Assembly (NCBI RefSeq): GCF_001194135.2
Contig: NC_068998.1
Span: 823,964-887,963, forward strand
Reading direction: 5' to 3'
DNA from: Octopus bimaculoides
Lineage: Eukaryota
Length of the DNA stretch: 64,000 nt
Part shown: positions 13,461 through 27,560 of the stretch, piece by piece
How the letters are laid out: every line of letters begins with the position of its first letter
Position numbering within the stretch: position 1 is the stretch's first letter
Translations under genes and position numbers: made by a program
The notes under the pieces: generated by a model
What the model was told of the DNA's origin: nothing
Databases searched by the model: none
The model's input: only the letters and a program-made list of their open reading frames with translations

Positions 13461-15177
13461 NNNNNNNNNNNNNNNNNNNNNNNNNNNNNNNNNNNNNNNN
13501 NNNNNNNNNNNNNNNNNNNNNNNNNNNNNNNNNNNNNNNNNNNNNNNNNNNNNNNNNNNNNNNNNNNNNNNNNNNNNNNNNNNNNNNNNNNNNNNNNNNN
13601 NNNNNNNNNNNNNNNNNNNNNNNNNNNNNNNNNNNNNNNNNNNNNNNNNNNNNNNNNNNNNNNNNNNNNNNNNNNNNNNNNNNNNNNNNNNNNNNNNNNN
13701 NNNNNNNNNNNNNNNNNNNNNNNNNNNNNNNNNNNNNNNNNNNNNNNNNNNNNNNNNNNNNNNNNNNNNNNNNNNNNNNNNNNNNNNNNNNNNNNNNNNN
13801 NNNNNNNNNNNNNNNNNNNNNNNNNNNNNNNNNNNNNNNNNNNNNNNNNNNNNNNNNNNNNNNNNNNNNNNNNNNNNNNNNNNNNNNNNNNNNNNNNNNN
13901 NNNNNNNNNNNNNNNNNNNNNNNNNNNNNNNNNNNNNNNNNNNNNNNNNNNNNNNNNNNNNNNNNNNNNNNNNNNNNNNNNNNNNNNNNNNNNNNNNNNN
14001 NNNNNNNNNNNNNNNNNNNNNNNNNNNNNNNNNNNNNNNNNNNNNNNNNNNNNNNNNNNNNNNNNNNNNNNNNNNNNNNNNNNNNNNNNNNNNNNNNNNN
14101 NNNNNNNNNNNNNNNNNNNNNNNNNNNNNNNNNNNNNNNNNNNNNNNNNNNNNNNNNNNNNNNNNNNNNNNNNNNNNNNNNNNNNNNNNNNNNNNNNNNN
14201 NNNNNNNNNNNNNNNNNNNNNNNNNNNNNNNNNNNNNNNNNNNNNNNNNNNNNNNNNNNNNNNNNNNNNNNNNNNNNNNNNNNNNNNNNNNNNNNNNNNN
14301 NNNNNNNNNNNNNNNNNNNNNNNNNNNNNNNNNNNTACCACACAACCACACCTAAGATCGTTGTATACACATATACAAACGCAAAAACAAGCAAGTATAT
14401 ATATATATATATATATAAATGGAAAGGGATCAGTAATAAAGGAAAAAGTGAAAAACGCTCGTTGGGGCAGCGACACTAACAGATCTTTGGGGTGATGACT
14501 ATGGCTGCTGCTGCTGCTGTTTCCATAGCAACAGTGGTCACTGCTCTGAAGGTAGCCACAGTAGAAGAAAAAGCAAGTGGAATCGCCTACCTTCTGTACT
14601 AATACGACCAGGAACCGACGAATCGGGGCAGTAAGAACTCCCTCCAGCACAGAGGTGGCCAGGGACTTCCAGCAACAGTTTCACCTGGTTATCCCACAGG
14701 GGTGTAGGAAAGCTAGACCCTGGGGAATGGGTCTGAAAGCCGTCAGGACAATGAAGACAAAGAAGAAACAAGCGAAAAACGATAAACCCGGACTGGAAAT
14801 AAATTAGTCAATGGAAATAGAAGGGCTCTTGTGTCTGCCCAGCAGCTGAGATTGAGCGTTGCGATCATTAAGTAGGGCAAGAGGAACCCTATGCTGACTG
14901 AAAGACAGAGAATTAGTTGATGCTTTGCTTGTTTTATATTTTTTGAGCTGAGAAATTTTATCTCACGCAATTTGGTCCTCCCAAACGACCCATTTCCCGA
15001 GGAAATTCCCCATGTCCAGAACAGCCACCTGTCTTGTCACGCAGATAGAAAGCGACTCCTCTATCTAATATTTTTAATGTTTAGGGGTCTAACACCATAA
15101 AAGTTTTTGTACTGGAGTCGTTGACGACAAAAGTGACTCTAACATCGTTCACACAAACGCGGCTCTCAATGGAATTG

Positions 15178-15218
<41 letters not shown>

Positions 15219-15225
15219 TGTTGTT

Positions 15226-15287
<62 letters not shown>

Positions 15288-16187
15288 TGATTGTAGTAAA
15301 CTCCCAGTTCAATTGTAGTAATGTCCCAGTGCCTAACAAGAAGACGGTGCCAAACTTAAATGATTCCACCCCGCCCCTGCCACTAAGCCTGTTGGCAAAC
15401 GCTTTAACCCATGTGATATGATTGTTGCTGACGAGATAGATAATTACCTAAAGATGTGTTGTCTGTTGTTATAAATCTGCACTACCTCTAACCTAATTTA
15501 TTTCTTCTCCCCTGGGTCGGCTGAAGAATGCATTTCTTTCACAGCCAGACGATATTAAAGAAGCCGTCAGATTATAAGCCGGAGGATTAAGAGTTCATCT
15601 CTTATTGGCGTGTTTTATATCCAGGGCCGAGAAATTTAAACTAAAGTTTGTGGTAATATTTTTGCAAAGAAGTCAGAAGAAAAAATCGCCGATGTAGGAT
15701 TGCCGGAATCAGGATTTCTTTCTCTTGGAAAACAAATATTTGGATAAAAGACCATTGCATATCGTTCTGATGTCTTCACAAATAACACATCAACCAACAA
15801 CATTAAATCCACGAAATATTCAGACTTACTGAATCAGAGAGGGGAGAAGACAATGTTTGCCGATGTATGTACAGTATGGTCATCGAATAGATGAAGGTGT
15901 TGGACATTCACAGCCATGGATCAATGGATCACACCAAGTTAATCGGCCGACTTCCTTCTTGTTGTCTGTCTGGAGAGAAATCTTTTCTGAAGTCTGAAAA
16001 TATATAAATGCTTCTAGAATCCTCTTTTAAAAAGATTTTTAACCCCTTCTGTAGCTTTTTCTATTTCGTTGCAATTAGAAAGATTCATGCTGCTACGAGG
16101 TTGTTATCAAGGTTGTTAGAACCACACAGAGAACAACTTGTTTGCGTGTTCATACTGGAAAGTGCTTTTTCTGCTCATATTGGCTAG

Positions 16188-16475
16188 TGGCTTAGTGGTT
16201 CGGGTGTTGCATTCGTGATCAAGTGACCGTTGGTTCGATTCCCGGACCGAACAGCGCGTTGTGTTATTCAGTAAAACATTTCGTTTCACGATGCTTCAGT
16301 CCATTCAGTTGTAATCCTGCGTCGTGGAATAACCTTCCGACCAGGACGAATGCTGGCCCGCTTACCTGGTCAGTGGGTGGGAAGCATCATTCAAAAACTG
16401 AGCGATGCAAAGTGCATTGTGACCAGCGATGTATAGCAACAGCCGATAGTCTGGTCGATCACGTGGTCACGTGAT
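16188..16475 (+). mobile_element. tRNA-derived SINE, family D
   Basis: A-box TGGCTTAGTGG, B-box GGTTCGATTCCC, then TTTCACGATGCTTCAGTCCATTCAGTTGTAAT, shared with the copy at 20838. Confidence 0.7.
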
Positions 16476-17646
16476 ATTAACTGTAGAAGCAATGGAAATT
16501 TTTATGCAGCCCTTTAACGCTAGTTAAAATCATTTGATTTCTAGAGTCTACTGAGAAATGCATATTTGTAAAGTTTAGGAAAATTTTACCAACATTAGAA
16601 CGAACATTTAAACTAAATAAAGGATCATTTTGTGTAATATTTCGTCTTCTATTTTCGTGCTTTCGAGTCTTAATGTTGTTCGGAATGTAATGTCTGCCGC
16701 TTTCTTACTTCTATCATTAACTTGTCAGTAATTTGAAATACAGATTTTCGATTTCAATAGCTTTTAGTTTCTAATAAAATACAATCTACTTTGTATCGAG
16801 CACTTTTTATTTATTTATAAATACAGACGTTCACCAACGTGTGCATGTGTGCGTAAGTGTGCGCATGATGCACACACACATATATACATAAATGTATATA
16901 TGTATGTATATATGTATACATGTAGGTATGTGCGTGTACGTATGTATGAGTGTGTATGTATATATATATATACATATTAGACATCATAAAACCTTGGACG
17001 TGGCCCAGATGTGGTGCCGAGAGAGTATTTTACCGAATGTTGTGGAAGTTTCATAAATTTTCAGACAGAGCAAAGACTTGTATTGTATTCTTTTTTATTA
17101 TCATCTTCGTCATCACCATCCTAATGGTTATCATCACCTCAAACACCACCACCCCCGTCACCATTCCGCTGCCGTCACCATCATTATCGCTACCACCACC
17201 ACCACCACCACCACCGTCAAAAACCATCATCACCACCGCCACCCCCATCGTCGTCATCGTCAACATCATCATCATCATCTTCATCATCACAGATATAAAA
17301 CTAGTAGTGCTGCTGCTACAGACTACTGGGGTTCGCTCGAGAGAAAAGAATTTAGCGGAATTTTATTGAAGCTTTTTAAATAACGTGTGATATGTCAGTG
17401 AATGTATGTGTGTGTTTGTATGTGTGCTTCGTTTCGTAAAAAAGCATATATGTTTGCGTACCTGTGGTTATAAACACGCACACAACATACCAAGATATAT
17501 TTATACACACAGACGCGCGCGCACACATACACACCCACTACTTCGTTTGACTACATTATTACAACTGCATCCACATACATATATACACACGTACACTCAT
17601 TTCCACGCACCATACATATATGTACATATATATATATATATATATA

Positions 17647-17687
<41 letters not shown>

Positions 17688-18579
17688 NNNNNNNNNNNNN
17701 NNNNNNNNNNNNNNNNNNNNNNNNNNNNNNNNNNNNNNNNNNNNNNNNNNNNNNNNNNNNNNNNNNNNNNNNNNNNNNNNNNNNNNNNNNNNNNNNNNNN
17801 NNNNNNNNNNNNNNNNNNNNNNNNNNNNNNNNNNNNNNNNNNNNNNNNNNNNNNNNNNNNNNNNNNNNNNNNNNNNNNNNNNNNNNNNNNNNNNNNNNNN
17901 NNNNNNNNNNNNNNNNNNNNNNNNNNNNNNNNNNNNNNNNNNNNNNNNNNNNNNNNNNNNNNNNNNNNNNNNNNNNNNNNNNNNNNNNNNNNNNNNNNNN
18001 NNNNNTATATATATATATATATATATATATCCGTGTATTTGTGTGTGCTTGTATGTATGCGTATGTATGTATGTATGTATGTATGTATGTATGTATGTAT
18101 TTCTTCCGACGATGGAACAGGTTGCCAATAAAAATCAGTGATACATTCAACATGCACGAATCTGCACCAGTTACCCAACCTTTCTAGAAACAGCTGTAAA
18201 GCAAGTACAACCTGCACCTCTTTTCAAATAACTCAAAGGCTTGTACCTTTGACATCATTGATCTACTTACCATAGTATGTCTCATCAACACTATTGACTT
18301 AGTTTCTACCTTATCCTGTAATGTACCTATATACACCTGAACTATATCGAACTCTTCATATTCCGGACTATTTCTGACTTCCTGCTATGTATACTCAAAC
18401 ATGTATATACTCATATACGTATATATGTATATTTGTATACTCATACACGTATATTTGTATTCCTCTCCAATGTGTTATATAAACACAAATATTTTATAAA
18501 CTGATTTCATACCTGTTGACTACCTGTTTATGCCTTCGTTCCGCTTTACTCACACACACATACACACTCTCTCCCCCAC

Positions 18580-18610
<31 letters not shown>

Positions 18611-20635
18611 TATGGGTGTCTGAAAATGAAAGCATATAGCACTTAATACATTTGGTTTGAGTATTTAATAACAATTTGACTTAGATCCACATCATTTAAA
18701 GTTTCGTGTTTATGTGAGTGTAAGTGAAAATATCTCTTATTATGATATCAATTTATCTATGGCCCCAAATAATTGACTTGCATTTTTACGTTAGTTTCTG
18801 TTGGTTCTGTTGCAGAATCTATCCCATAAAGATTGAGAATTCGTTGTTTTTTCATTTTGGACAATTCGGCTAAATCACGATGAAGCTCTTTTCTAAGTCA
18901 TCCCGACAATTTGTATTTAACAAATAGCTTTGAGCTTATAATGGACCATTCATTTTTTATGGGACCACAAGTGGGTTATGTCTTATTCCGAGAAAGAAGG
19001 GAAGTGTACGTGACGTTTAGCAAAATCTCCCCGGAAGAAGCATTGGACATGGGTTTCTGCAGCAGTAAGAAGCATATCAGAATATCGTGTGACCGTCAGC
19101 CCAGCGACCTAGCCTGTATGGTCGTAGTTTCTGTTTACAACGGTCAGATGAGTGTTACCTAGTATTTCTGTGGTTTCTTTTGCTCGATCAGGACAGACCA
19201 TAGGCTAAACAACAACACCAATCATGAATAAGAACAGGTATCTACTCCACGCTAGTTTAAAATGAAATGTAATGCAAATGTTATGGTTACGGTATCAATA
19301 TGTTGATTTGAACTCTCAACGCTTTGATTGGTAGCGAGGTATGTATTTTATCAAGTCAACCTGCTTGGAGGATTTCACAAATATTTACGCCAACATTGAG
19401 AGGGAGAAAAAAAAATGTATCTTTCAGAAAGTCTTCACCGACGCTAGCAAAAATCCGTCTTGATATATGATCGCTCGAGAATGTATTTCCTTCTTGCTTT
19501 TGTCAAAAACAAAATAAATAATTACCTATGTATATATATTGCAGTTGCTTTGTTTTAAATTTCTCCTGAGAACTGCAAGTTTCAAACGATAGAGATAATA
19601 TATAACGCGCGCGGGCGTGCACATACACACACAAACATATATTATATATCCCACATCTTGATTTTTTTTTCATTCCAGCAGCAAAATAAACTGCTTCCGG
19701 TGAATGTCTTCTTAAACAAACACCAAGGAATATACATCACAACATGTTGCCATGAGTCGGAAACAATTTCTAAAATAAACTCTATAACAAATTTTGTTTG
19801 CATGTTGTCTTTGTACGTGTGTGTACGTGTGCCCACGGGGTGGGGAATGACAGAAGTGATGGTAGGGGTGAGAGTATCATAGTTGTTTAAACAAAAAGAG
19901 AATATGTATATATATATTGTTTTTGGTTGTGTATTTTCATTTTATGTGGTGAGTACAAAAGAGTAAACGGCAGGCTCTCTCTCTCTCTCTCTCTCTCTCT
20001 GACTAGCTATAGTATCTTCGCATTGTTGTGCGTCTTTGATACATTTCAGTTTGTTGCAAGCTCTCGGGGTAGATTCCTCCGGTTCCCGCCCGGATCATGT
20101 CTTTGGCCACAGACGTTGATTATAGATGCCCAGACAGCACGTTAGCCACACAGTGTCACCATTCTGAACATCAACAATCGTACCAGCTACCTTTATAACA
20201 CCATTGATTTGACCCTAACCCTAAACCGAAGGTTCCTGGGCCCTTTTCTTATTCTTGCTGTTACTACTGTTGCTGTCTTTGTTGTTTTCCACCTTTTTTT
20301 CTTTTCCTCGCCTTTTCTATTTTTCTCGGTAAGTCTCGTAGGAAGCTCACAAATGGCTCTTGCTAACATACTTGCAGTAAGTGTGCCGTCTTACCTGTAC
20401 CACCATCCTGATTACTTTCCAATCCACTTCGCAACGGAGACAGCGTCCCACAAAAGAGTCACCGTTCCCCACATCGTTCCCCACACGGGTTACAATACTT
20501 CTCAACGAGGTCCTCAGGGGTAATCAAGGATTATATATTTATGCAGATCCCACTCAACCCATATCCCTTTTCCTTTCACGTCTTTCCAATATAGATTAAA
20601 CTCTAAGCGATTTCATGAACTTCCACATTTCCCGA

Positions 20636-20682
20636 TTCCTTGACTCCTTGACTCCTTGACTCCTTGACTCCTGCATATCAGC
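20636..20682. repeat. (TTGACTCC)n octamer repeat
   Basis: About five tandem copies of GACTCCTT. Confidence 0.85.
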
Positions 20683-20837
20683 CAACTCCGTCCAACTGTG
20701 GTGAGCTTTATTTCCATTTACAGAGCCAATCCTTATTTTTCCGGATTGAGTTTGTAAATCACATCTGACTTAGCTTCGAAGTATCCGTCAAATAATATAA
20801 TTTATTATAATACATTTGATTCTTTAGTGAAGGCTCC

Positions 20838-21065
20838 TGGCTTAGTGGCTCACGATCATAAATTTCTGAGTTCGACTCCCGGCTGCGGGTTGTATCCTTG
20901 AGCAAGACACTTTATTTCACGTTACTCCAGCCCATTCAGTTGTAATTCAATGGGCCAACTTTGTCACATTATGTGCTACTACGTTAAGGGTACGCGTGTC
21001 TGTGGAGTACTCAGCCACTTGCACGTTAATTTCACGAGCAGTCTGTTCTGTGGATCGGATCAGTG
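20838..21065 (+). mobile_element. tRNA-derived SINE, family D
   Basis: TGGCTTAGTGG...GAGTTCGACTCCC...CCTTGAGCAAGACACTTTATTTCACGTTACTCCAGCCCATTCAG. Confidence 0.72.
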
Positions 21066-21586
21066 CTACTTTCTTAAAGTTTATTCAATTCTCTACCTTG
21101 TACGGACTCTATTTCTCAGTTAATGTTTCTTGTTTTACACATAATTTACCCGTCTGTGAATATATGTTTAGTTCAGACTTGCTGTAATAAATCAAAACAT
21201 GCTGTCTGAACGTTGAAACCACATGGCTGCCATTTAATACCAGTTGTAGAGGATTACCGATTCACTTACATATAATGAGCCTATTTCATTACCTTTGTAG
21301 CTCATCACCGTTAAACAGTCTAGACTAGCGCTCACTCCACCCCTAGTAAACTGCAGGCCATACTAAAGAGGGGCAAATACATGTGAAATGTGTGATAAAT
21401 TAAGAGTTCTGAATTAACAGACAAGTAGTAGCGGCTTCTTAAGCAGGACTCAGATTAGAATATAACCGGTGCATTTGATTAGAGAAATGAAATGAACATA
21501 AATTGCAACGCTGTTGAAAGGGTAATCAAAATGAATTGAAATAGAATATGCTTCATACTTCAACACATCTTGCAAACTTAACTTAT

Positions 21587-21643
<57 letters not shown>

Positions 21644-21763
21644 GTTTCAAATTTTGCCACAAGGGCAGCAATTTGGATGGAGGGGATGACCTCCAGTGTT
21701 CAACTGCTTCTTATTTTATCGACCCCGAAAGGATGAAAGATAAAGTCGACCTCGGCGGAATTT
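21644..21763 (-). mobile_element. SINE family A, partial
   Basis: Contains TTATCGACCCCGAAAGGATGAAAGATAAAGTCGACCTCGGCGGAATTT, with (AAT)n on both sides. Confidence 0.8.
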
Positions 21764-21774
21764 AATAATAATAG

Positions 21775-21849
<75 letters not shown>

Positions 21850-21867
21850 TGATGATGATGATGATAA

Positions 21868-22200
21868 TACCACAGTTATTCGAGACCTACACTATTCCGA
21901 AGTATACAGCTATCTAGGAATCAGCACTCTAAAATGAAAGAGAAAATCCGCAAGGAATGCTACCGAAGGGTAAGAATGGCCCTAAACTCAGAATTAAACG
22001 CTGTTAACAGAATTAATGCGATCAATTCTTTGGCCAAACCAGTAACCACATATAGCTTCGGTGTCATTGAGTGGAGTCTCACTGACATGAAGAATCTAGA
22101 TGGAAAGATCCGTAAAATCCTTACAAGGTACCGAATGCACCATCCAGATTCAGATGTAGACAGGATTTATCTTTCAAGAAAAATAGGTGGAAGCAAAGAA
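21868..22200 (+). mobile_element. R4/Dong-like LINE fragment (post-RT thumb region)
   Basis: YSYLGI...KIRKECYRRVRMALNSELNAVNRINAINSLAKPVTTYSFGVIEW...RMHHPDSDVDRIYLSRKIGG. Begins directly after an (AAT/GAT)n array. Confidence 0.8.
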
Positions 22201-22249
22201 ATGGTTACATTAAAGAAACACGATTTGGAACAGGTAGGATATCAGCTAT

Positions 22250-22600
22250 TGACACAATGTCTGATTGTGCAACAACTTTATTCTCCTCAATGTGAACTTA
22301 CGCCAAGGAAACCTGGATCCTAAAATCTAAAGAGACACAGAAACGAAAAGTGTTTGAGACATGTCGTTTAGAGTGCATAACGAGGTTATCATGAGGGGGA
22401 CAGTTGTGGAAAGAATCTGCTTAGAAAAGCTCTTCACATAACAAACGCCATTACTGAGTGAAATAGTCTGAACATGTTTGAACATGTAATAAGAATGTAA
22501 CAGAATAACTACGAAGAGCTGAAGTTCCGCCAAAACTTCCCAAACCCTTGACCACGTGATAGACCACCCAAGATGTGCACCTCTTAGATCCGTGAAGATA
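22250..22600 (+). mobile_element. Decayed RTE-like LINE 3' fragment
   Basis: Degenerate LYSPQCELT, FEHVIRM and DRPPKMC motifs resembling the RTE C-terminal LLYGxExWT / WFGHVxRM / GRPxKxW motifs. Confidence 0.45.
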
Positions 22601-24399
22601 CCGTTCACAAAAACCAGCAGAAAGCAAATCGTTTGATCAAAGAGAATGGCGGTTGTCCATTTGGTAGGAGAGATAGCGCGGAACTAAAGAGGATTGAGCA
22701 GTTAAGAAGTATTCTCCAAATCCACTTGATTACAGTTTAAAATATTGAAATATTTCCAAAATCTCTTCATTCAGTTGAAGTTATCGCTTTCTAAATTAGT
22801 ATTTCCTTTTTTTTATATTTATTTCTTTGTAAAATTTTCCCACTTTTCTTTCGTTTTCTTTTGTTTTCTTTTGAGGATGAATGAATGAATCTTGAATAAA
22901 TAAAACTACGGCGGGGAAAACATTACATTTCTATTTATGATGACATGTAGAAGTGTTGTTCTGGCAATAGCAATTATAAGCTGTTGCTAATAATTTAATC
23001 TTCCCAACTCCCTTCGCTGTTCACCCCTGCTCTGTTCACCACTACACCGTTCTACAACTATAGAAAACAACGTTGAGTTCGCGAAAATACCTGAAATAAG
23101 AGAATGGCATGGATTAAGACAGATTGGGTAGATGCAGGTGTACTGAATGACGTACGTAAAGAATTTTTAATGAATTGAAATTAAGCTTACTTTTTAAAAA
23201 GAAAAAAAAACACACAAAAAACTTAGATGTGATTAATTAGCAGCTGGTAATTAATTGTTTGTGGATCGCAAAGAGAGGAGAAGATTGTTTCCAATAATTA
23301 AAGTATAATTTTAGAAAATTTAATAAACAGGCTTAAGTGGGAAGGTCTAATCTTTGTTAACAAGAACAGTAACAGCAGCGGCGGTGTCTCAGATTTTGTG
23401 GACCTCGTCAGCGAACAATAAAAGGACTTGTTCGATCAAGGGACAGACATATTTACATAGAGAAAAGGTTTGAGAAGATTTCTGGTTGACAATATGTTTA
23501 GCATAAAACGTAATTATTTGAGTGAAAACTGCTGCCGCTGCTGCTGGTTCTCGTTGCTTGTGGAGCAAGAAAGAGAAGGATCATGAGATGAGAGAGAGAG
23601 GGGGTGAATATTCCTCTCGAGAAGAGAGAACCGCCTTCACGTTTAGATATTTTTCTTATGTTGAGGGATTTTTTTCCTATGCGTGAAAAGAGACAAAGAA
23701 CATATAATATTTAATATTTCCATATCATTCATTTATTAGATATTCAAGCACTTGTGGATAGAATCATTTCGACCTTGTTTGGGCTCTTCAGCACAAAATA
23801 ACCCGAGATTTTGAAATTAGTCTATGGTCATTTTAAAAGTAAAAAATTAAATACGATTCGATTTTTCTTTTCCTTTTTTTTTTTCTCATTTAAAAATGGC
23901 GAAAAGAAGGAAAGAAATAGATAACTCCTTTTTTTGCTCATTGTTCCAATATATTTAATATCAAATTTATTTACTGTGAGCCTTTTTCTGTCTACTCACC
24001 AAGTAGGTCCGTGTTGACAAGACCCCACTTGGTCAGTCCATGACGACAAGGACCCACAATCAAAGTCGGCTACGATTTGAGGCGTTGGAGATGACTCCTT
24101 CTCTCAAAGCGCCAGGTGTTAAAACACCTGAAAGTCAGTCATAGACAGTCGAGACATCTCACGCCAAGTCCCGTTCAGGAGCGATAGACATCGACGAGGG
24201 GGAAGAGGCTTAACATTGACCCAGGCTGCCTTTGAATGTCATATCTTATGCCTTCGACATCATCTTTTAACCATCAAGTGTAGAAATGCATGCATTGACT
24301 AAGTTTGCATGCGCGAGGCAGATAACATCATGAGACTTGGAAAGGAAATCCTTAAGCAACATTCCTTGAATGCATGCCCAAAGAGGCTGCATGACTCTA

Positions 24400-24915
24400 C
24401 CGCAACGTATCATCAGATGAAAGGTTGAGTGAATATGAGGAGAAGACCTTGCATGGATATGTTAGCAGAAAACTCCAGGATGACGTTGATCATTGATCAT
24501 CAAAGCAGTCTATCGTAGACCAACAACCTGATTACTAACTCTCACTTTGAAGCCTATGCGGTTGCAATCCAGGAAATGAAAATATCAATCAAATACCTGA
24601 TGCACAATAATGACAGGGGCGCAGGAAAAGCAGCAACATGTGATAACATGTGATAACCGATACAGATTTTGTGGAGATAACAGCGAAGATATTATCCACA
24701 TCGTAAGCAGTTGTCCAAAGATGTCACCTCGTTATTATCTACCGATAATACATGATGCTGTAGTCAAGACACCGTATAACGAGATCAGTCGAAAGGATAA
24801 TCATGAGGTCAATATAATATGAAAGAGTACTGGTGGAATATTGCAGTGAAAATCTCAATAAAATGTAAGCATAAAAAACCTGACATATTGATTTGGGACA
24901 GAGAAGAGTAAATGT
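24400..24915 (+). mobile_element. R4/Dong-like LINE fragment (CCHC knuckle and start of RLE endonuclease)
   Basis: EKTLHGYVSRKL, SHFEAYAVAIQE, RFCGDNSEDIIHIVSSCPKMSPRYYLPIIHDAV, WWNIAVKISIKCKHKKPDILIWDRE. Frameshifted. Confidence 0.8.
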
Positions 24916-27179
24916 GTATTTTACCTCACAACTTTTTTGATACAAATTTTTGTTGCATGGGATCAAAGCTATGAAATTCCTCATGCTTTCTTCTATCATT
25001 GAAGCTAAGATAAATATATTTTGCTTTTGAAATAAAGAAAGTTATTTAGATCTAAACTTGATTGGAGGCGTTACTTACACTCCTAGAACGTGGTTATAAA
25101 TTTTGATGTAAACCTTTTTTTTTCTACTGGATCAAATCTCAATTTTTTATGCCAAAATGTCGCTAGGGACAGTCCTCTTCAAAAATGTTAACAGTTTTCA
25201 ATTTGATTAAGAAGTGAATTAGCGACAAGCTCTGAAAGATGCTGCCTGTGAGTAAATTGTGGCCTTAAGAATATTATTCAACAACTACCATTGTTAAATG
25301 ATATATTGCACATACATACATACATACATACATACATACATACATACATACATACATACATCCTACTAAATGTAAAAGTGAATCTACCTCTGATCGTTCG
25401 AAAATGGAGGCCACAGTGTGGCACCAAAAGGTACCAGAAATGTTGTTCAAGGTCACGCTTTTTCAAGGAGAAAGTCAGATGTCGTATGATTTTTTTCCTT
25501 ATACTTTCTAGTAACGCAAGCATAGCTGCGGTTACACACTTACATTTATACACACATGGATGCATACATAGGTATGCACATACATATAAACATGCTTGCA
25601 TGCATACATCTCTGACTATCTACCTGTTGCTGTCTAAATTGCTATGGGAGAGAGAGAGAGAGCCTTGTTTCTCTGTTGTTGGATAGCGGCTCTTTCAGAA
25701 TTGGAGATAAATTTGATAAATTAAACCAGAATATCATATGTACATATACATAGATGCATACATATATATACATATATATATATACATATATATGCACACA
25801 CACACACACATATATATATGCTTATACAGATGCATCCATAGGTACATATATATACGTACCTAGATACATAGCTATATACGTAGATTGCCGCATACATATA
25901 TATATATACAGACGTGCATACATAGTCACGTAGGTGTTGCGAAATGGAAATTAAACCTTGAAAGTCAGGAACAGAACATTCATTTTCGACATAAAATATA
26001 GTAGTTGCATAAACAGTTGGATTTTTTCTTTTTTCAAAATCTTGCAACACGATCTCCTATTTTTTTTTCCTCTTCTTAAAACTAAGCCAGACCTTTGCTA
26101 AACTGGGAAAACATTAGGTATGGTGTTGTTTGACTCACTTCAGGATGGTGGCATAAAATGAAAATAATAATGATAATAATAAAATTGAGTCAAACTATGG
26201 TTTTTAGTAGGTTGGCAAGTGTTATACCTTCTTAAGGAGAACATGTTTCAATGTTCAGTGCCAAGATATGAACGCATCATGTCAGCTAAGGTAATTTGCC
26301 TGAGACGTGTATACAACTGGTTCCAACTTAGATTCTCTCACAAAAAAAAAATCCTCCTTTCTTTTCCCTTCTTTCTTTCTTTCTTTCTCCCCCGAAGAAT
26401 GAGTGGAGGAGGAAGTTCTGCAACTGGTTTTCTTAAGACATTTGTTTTTTCATTTCTTTTTGGTTTTGTAATTGAGAATATAATCGAAATTATTCTAAGA
26501 AACATGTGTCTTCCTTATGATTATATGCAATGTGGTGTTGGATTCTCTCGTCAGGTGGGGGCCAGGTGACATCATTGGTTTATGTAATACAAAAATCGCT
26601 GTTTTTTTAACTCAAATCCTGCTGAGTTAGATTTAGTTTTTGATTTCCTCCACCAATGGAATGGGTTCCATCTGTGTTTAAAAGAATATTAAATGTTCTT
26701 TTTTGATTCTTGGTCAACTTTTAAGAAGCAGATCTATGATCAAAGATATTCTTGACGTGACCATCCTGTCTTTGATTCAATTAGAGAAAAACCTAGGTTT
26801 CCATGATGTGTTGTGTCCATCAATTTTTAAGATGGTGGTGCGTCGGTCAAAAGAGATTTTGGTTACATTTCCTAGTAATTTAAGTAAACTGCTCGGAGGC
26901 TCCTTTGATGATCGCTGTAATAGTGTTGTGGTCATAGTAGTGACTATTGGTAGTTAGGATAATGTGTATGAGAAACAATTATAATAATCAATGGCTCTGC
27001 TAATTAGTGTCGGTGGCTATAGAAAGAATGGATAAGACATAGAAACGAGAAAATAGGATAAAACCGAGAAAGAAAACAGACTGCAAGTTTCATATTAGTT
27101 CACGGTAGATGTTCTCTTTCCCCAAAATTATAAACATCCGTTGGGCAGCCGATGTTTACGGTAGGGCCCAACGTTTGTT

Positions 27180-27560
27180 CCCTGACCGCTATTTCCTGTC
27201 CCGATATTAGATTTATGGTGTTTTGCACTGGGATATTGTTTTTATAGGAATTTCCCACCAGTGTTCCATATTTTTAAAGGTTTGGATACGTTGTGGTTCT
27301 AATGTGCTTCATACTTTCGCGATTTCCTTATCACAACCATGTCCGGGCTCGAATACTCTTTTCATCTTCTGTGTATTTTTCATGGTCCGTTTTGTTAGAC
27401 AGAGCTGTATATTTTTCTCAACAAACGTGATTTTTTTATGCTACGACTCCATTGTGAATAATCGAAATAGTTCACATCCCAGAAGCTCTTCATCATCCTT
27501 ATGCAACCAATCGAAGAATCTTCCCTACGAGAATAAGTAGACGCCTGGATTCAATTCCAA
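27180..27560 (-). mobile_element. Possible highly decayed RLE-type LINE fragment
   Basis: HNGVVA and SPDMVVIRKSRKY-like peptides on the minus strand, with many stops. Confidence 0.3.

Noticed and set aside
14480-14810. GC-richer segment with the peptide QQFHLVIPQGCRK, reminiscent of a Gypsy integrase linker
   Set aside because: Multiple stops, no HHCC or DDE motif and no LTRs seen.
20213-20227. CCCTAACCCTAAACC telomere-like repeat
   Set aside because: Only two units, too short to call an interstitial telomeric sequence.
20387-20407. Minus-strand DGGTGKT resembling a Walker A motif (Helitron/Pif1 helicase)
   Set aside because: A stop follows within a few codons and I found no other helicase motifs nearby. 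A chance match is likely.
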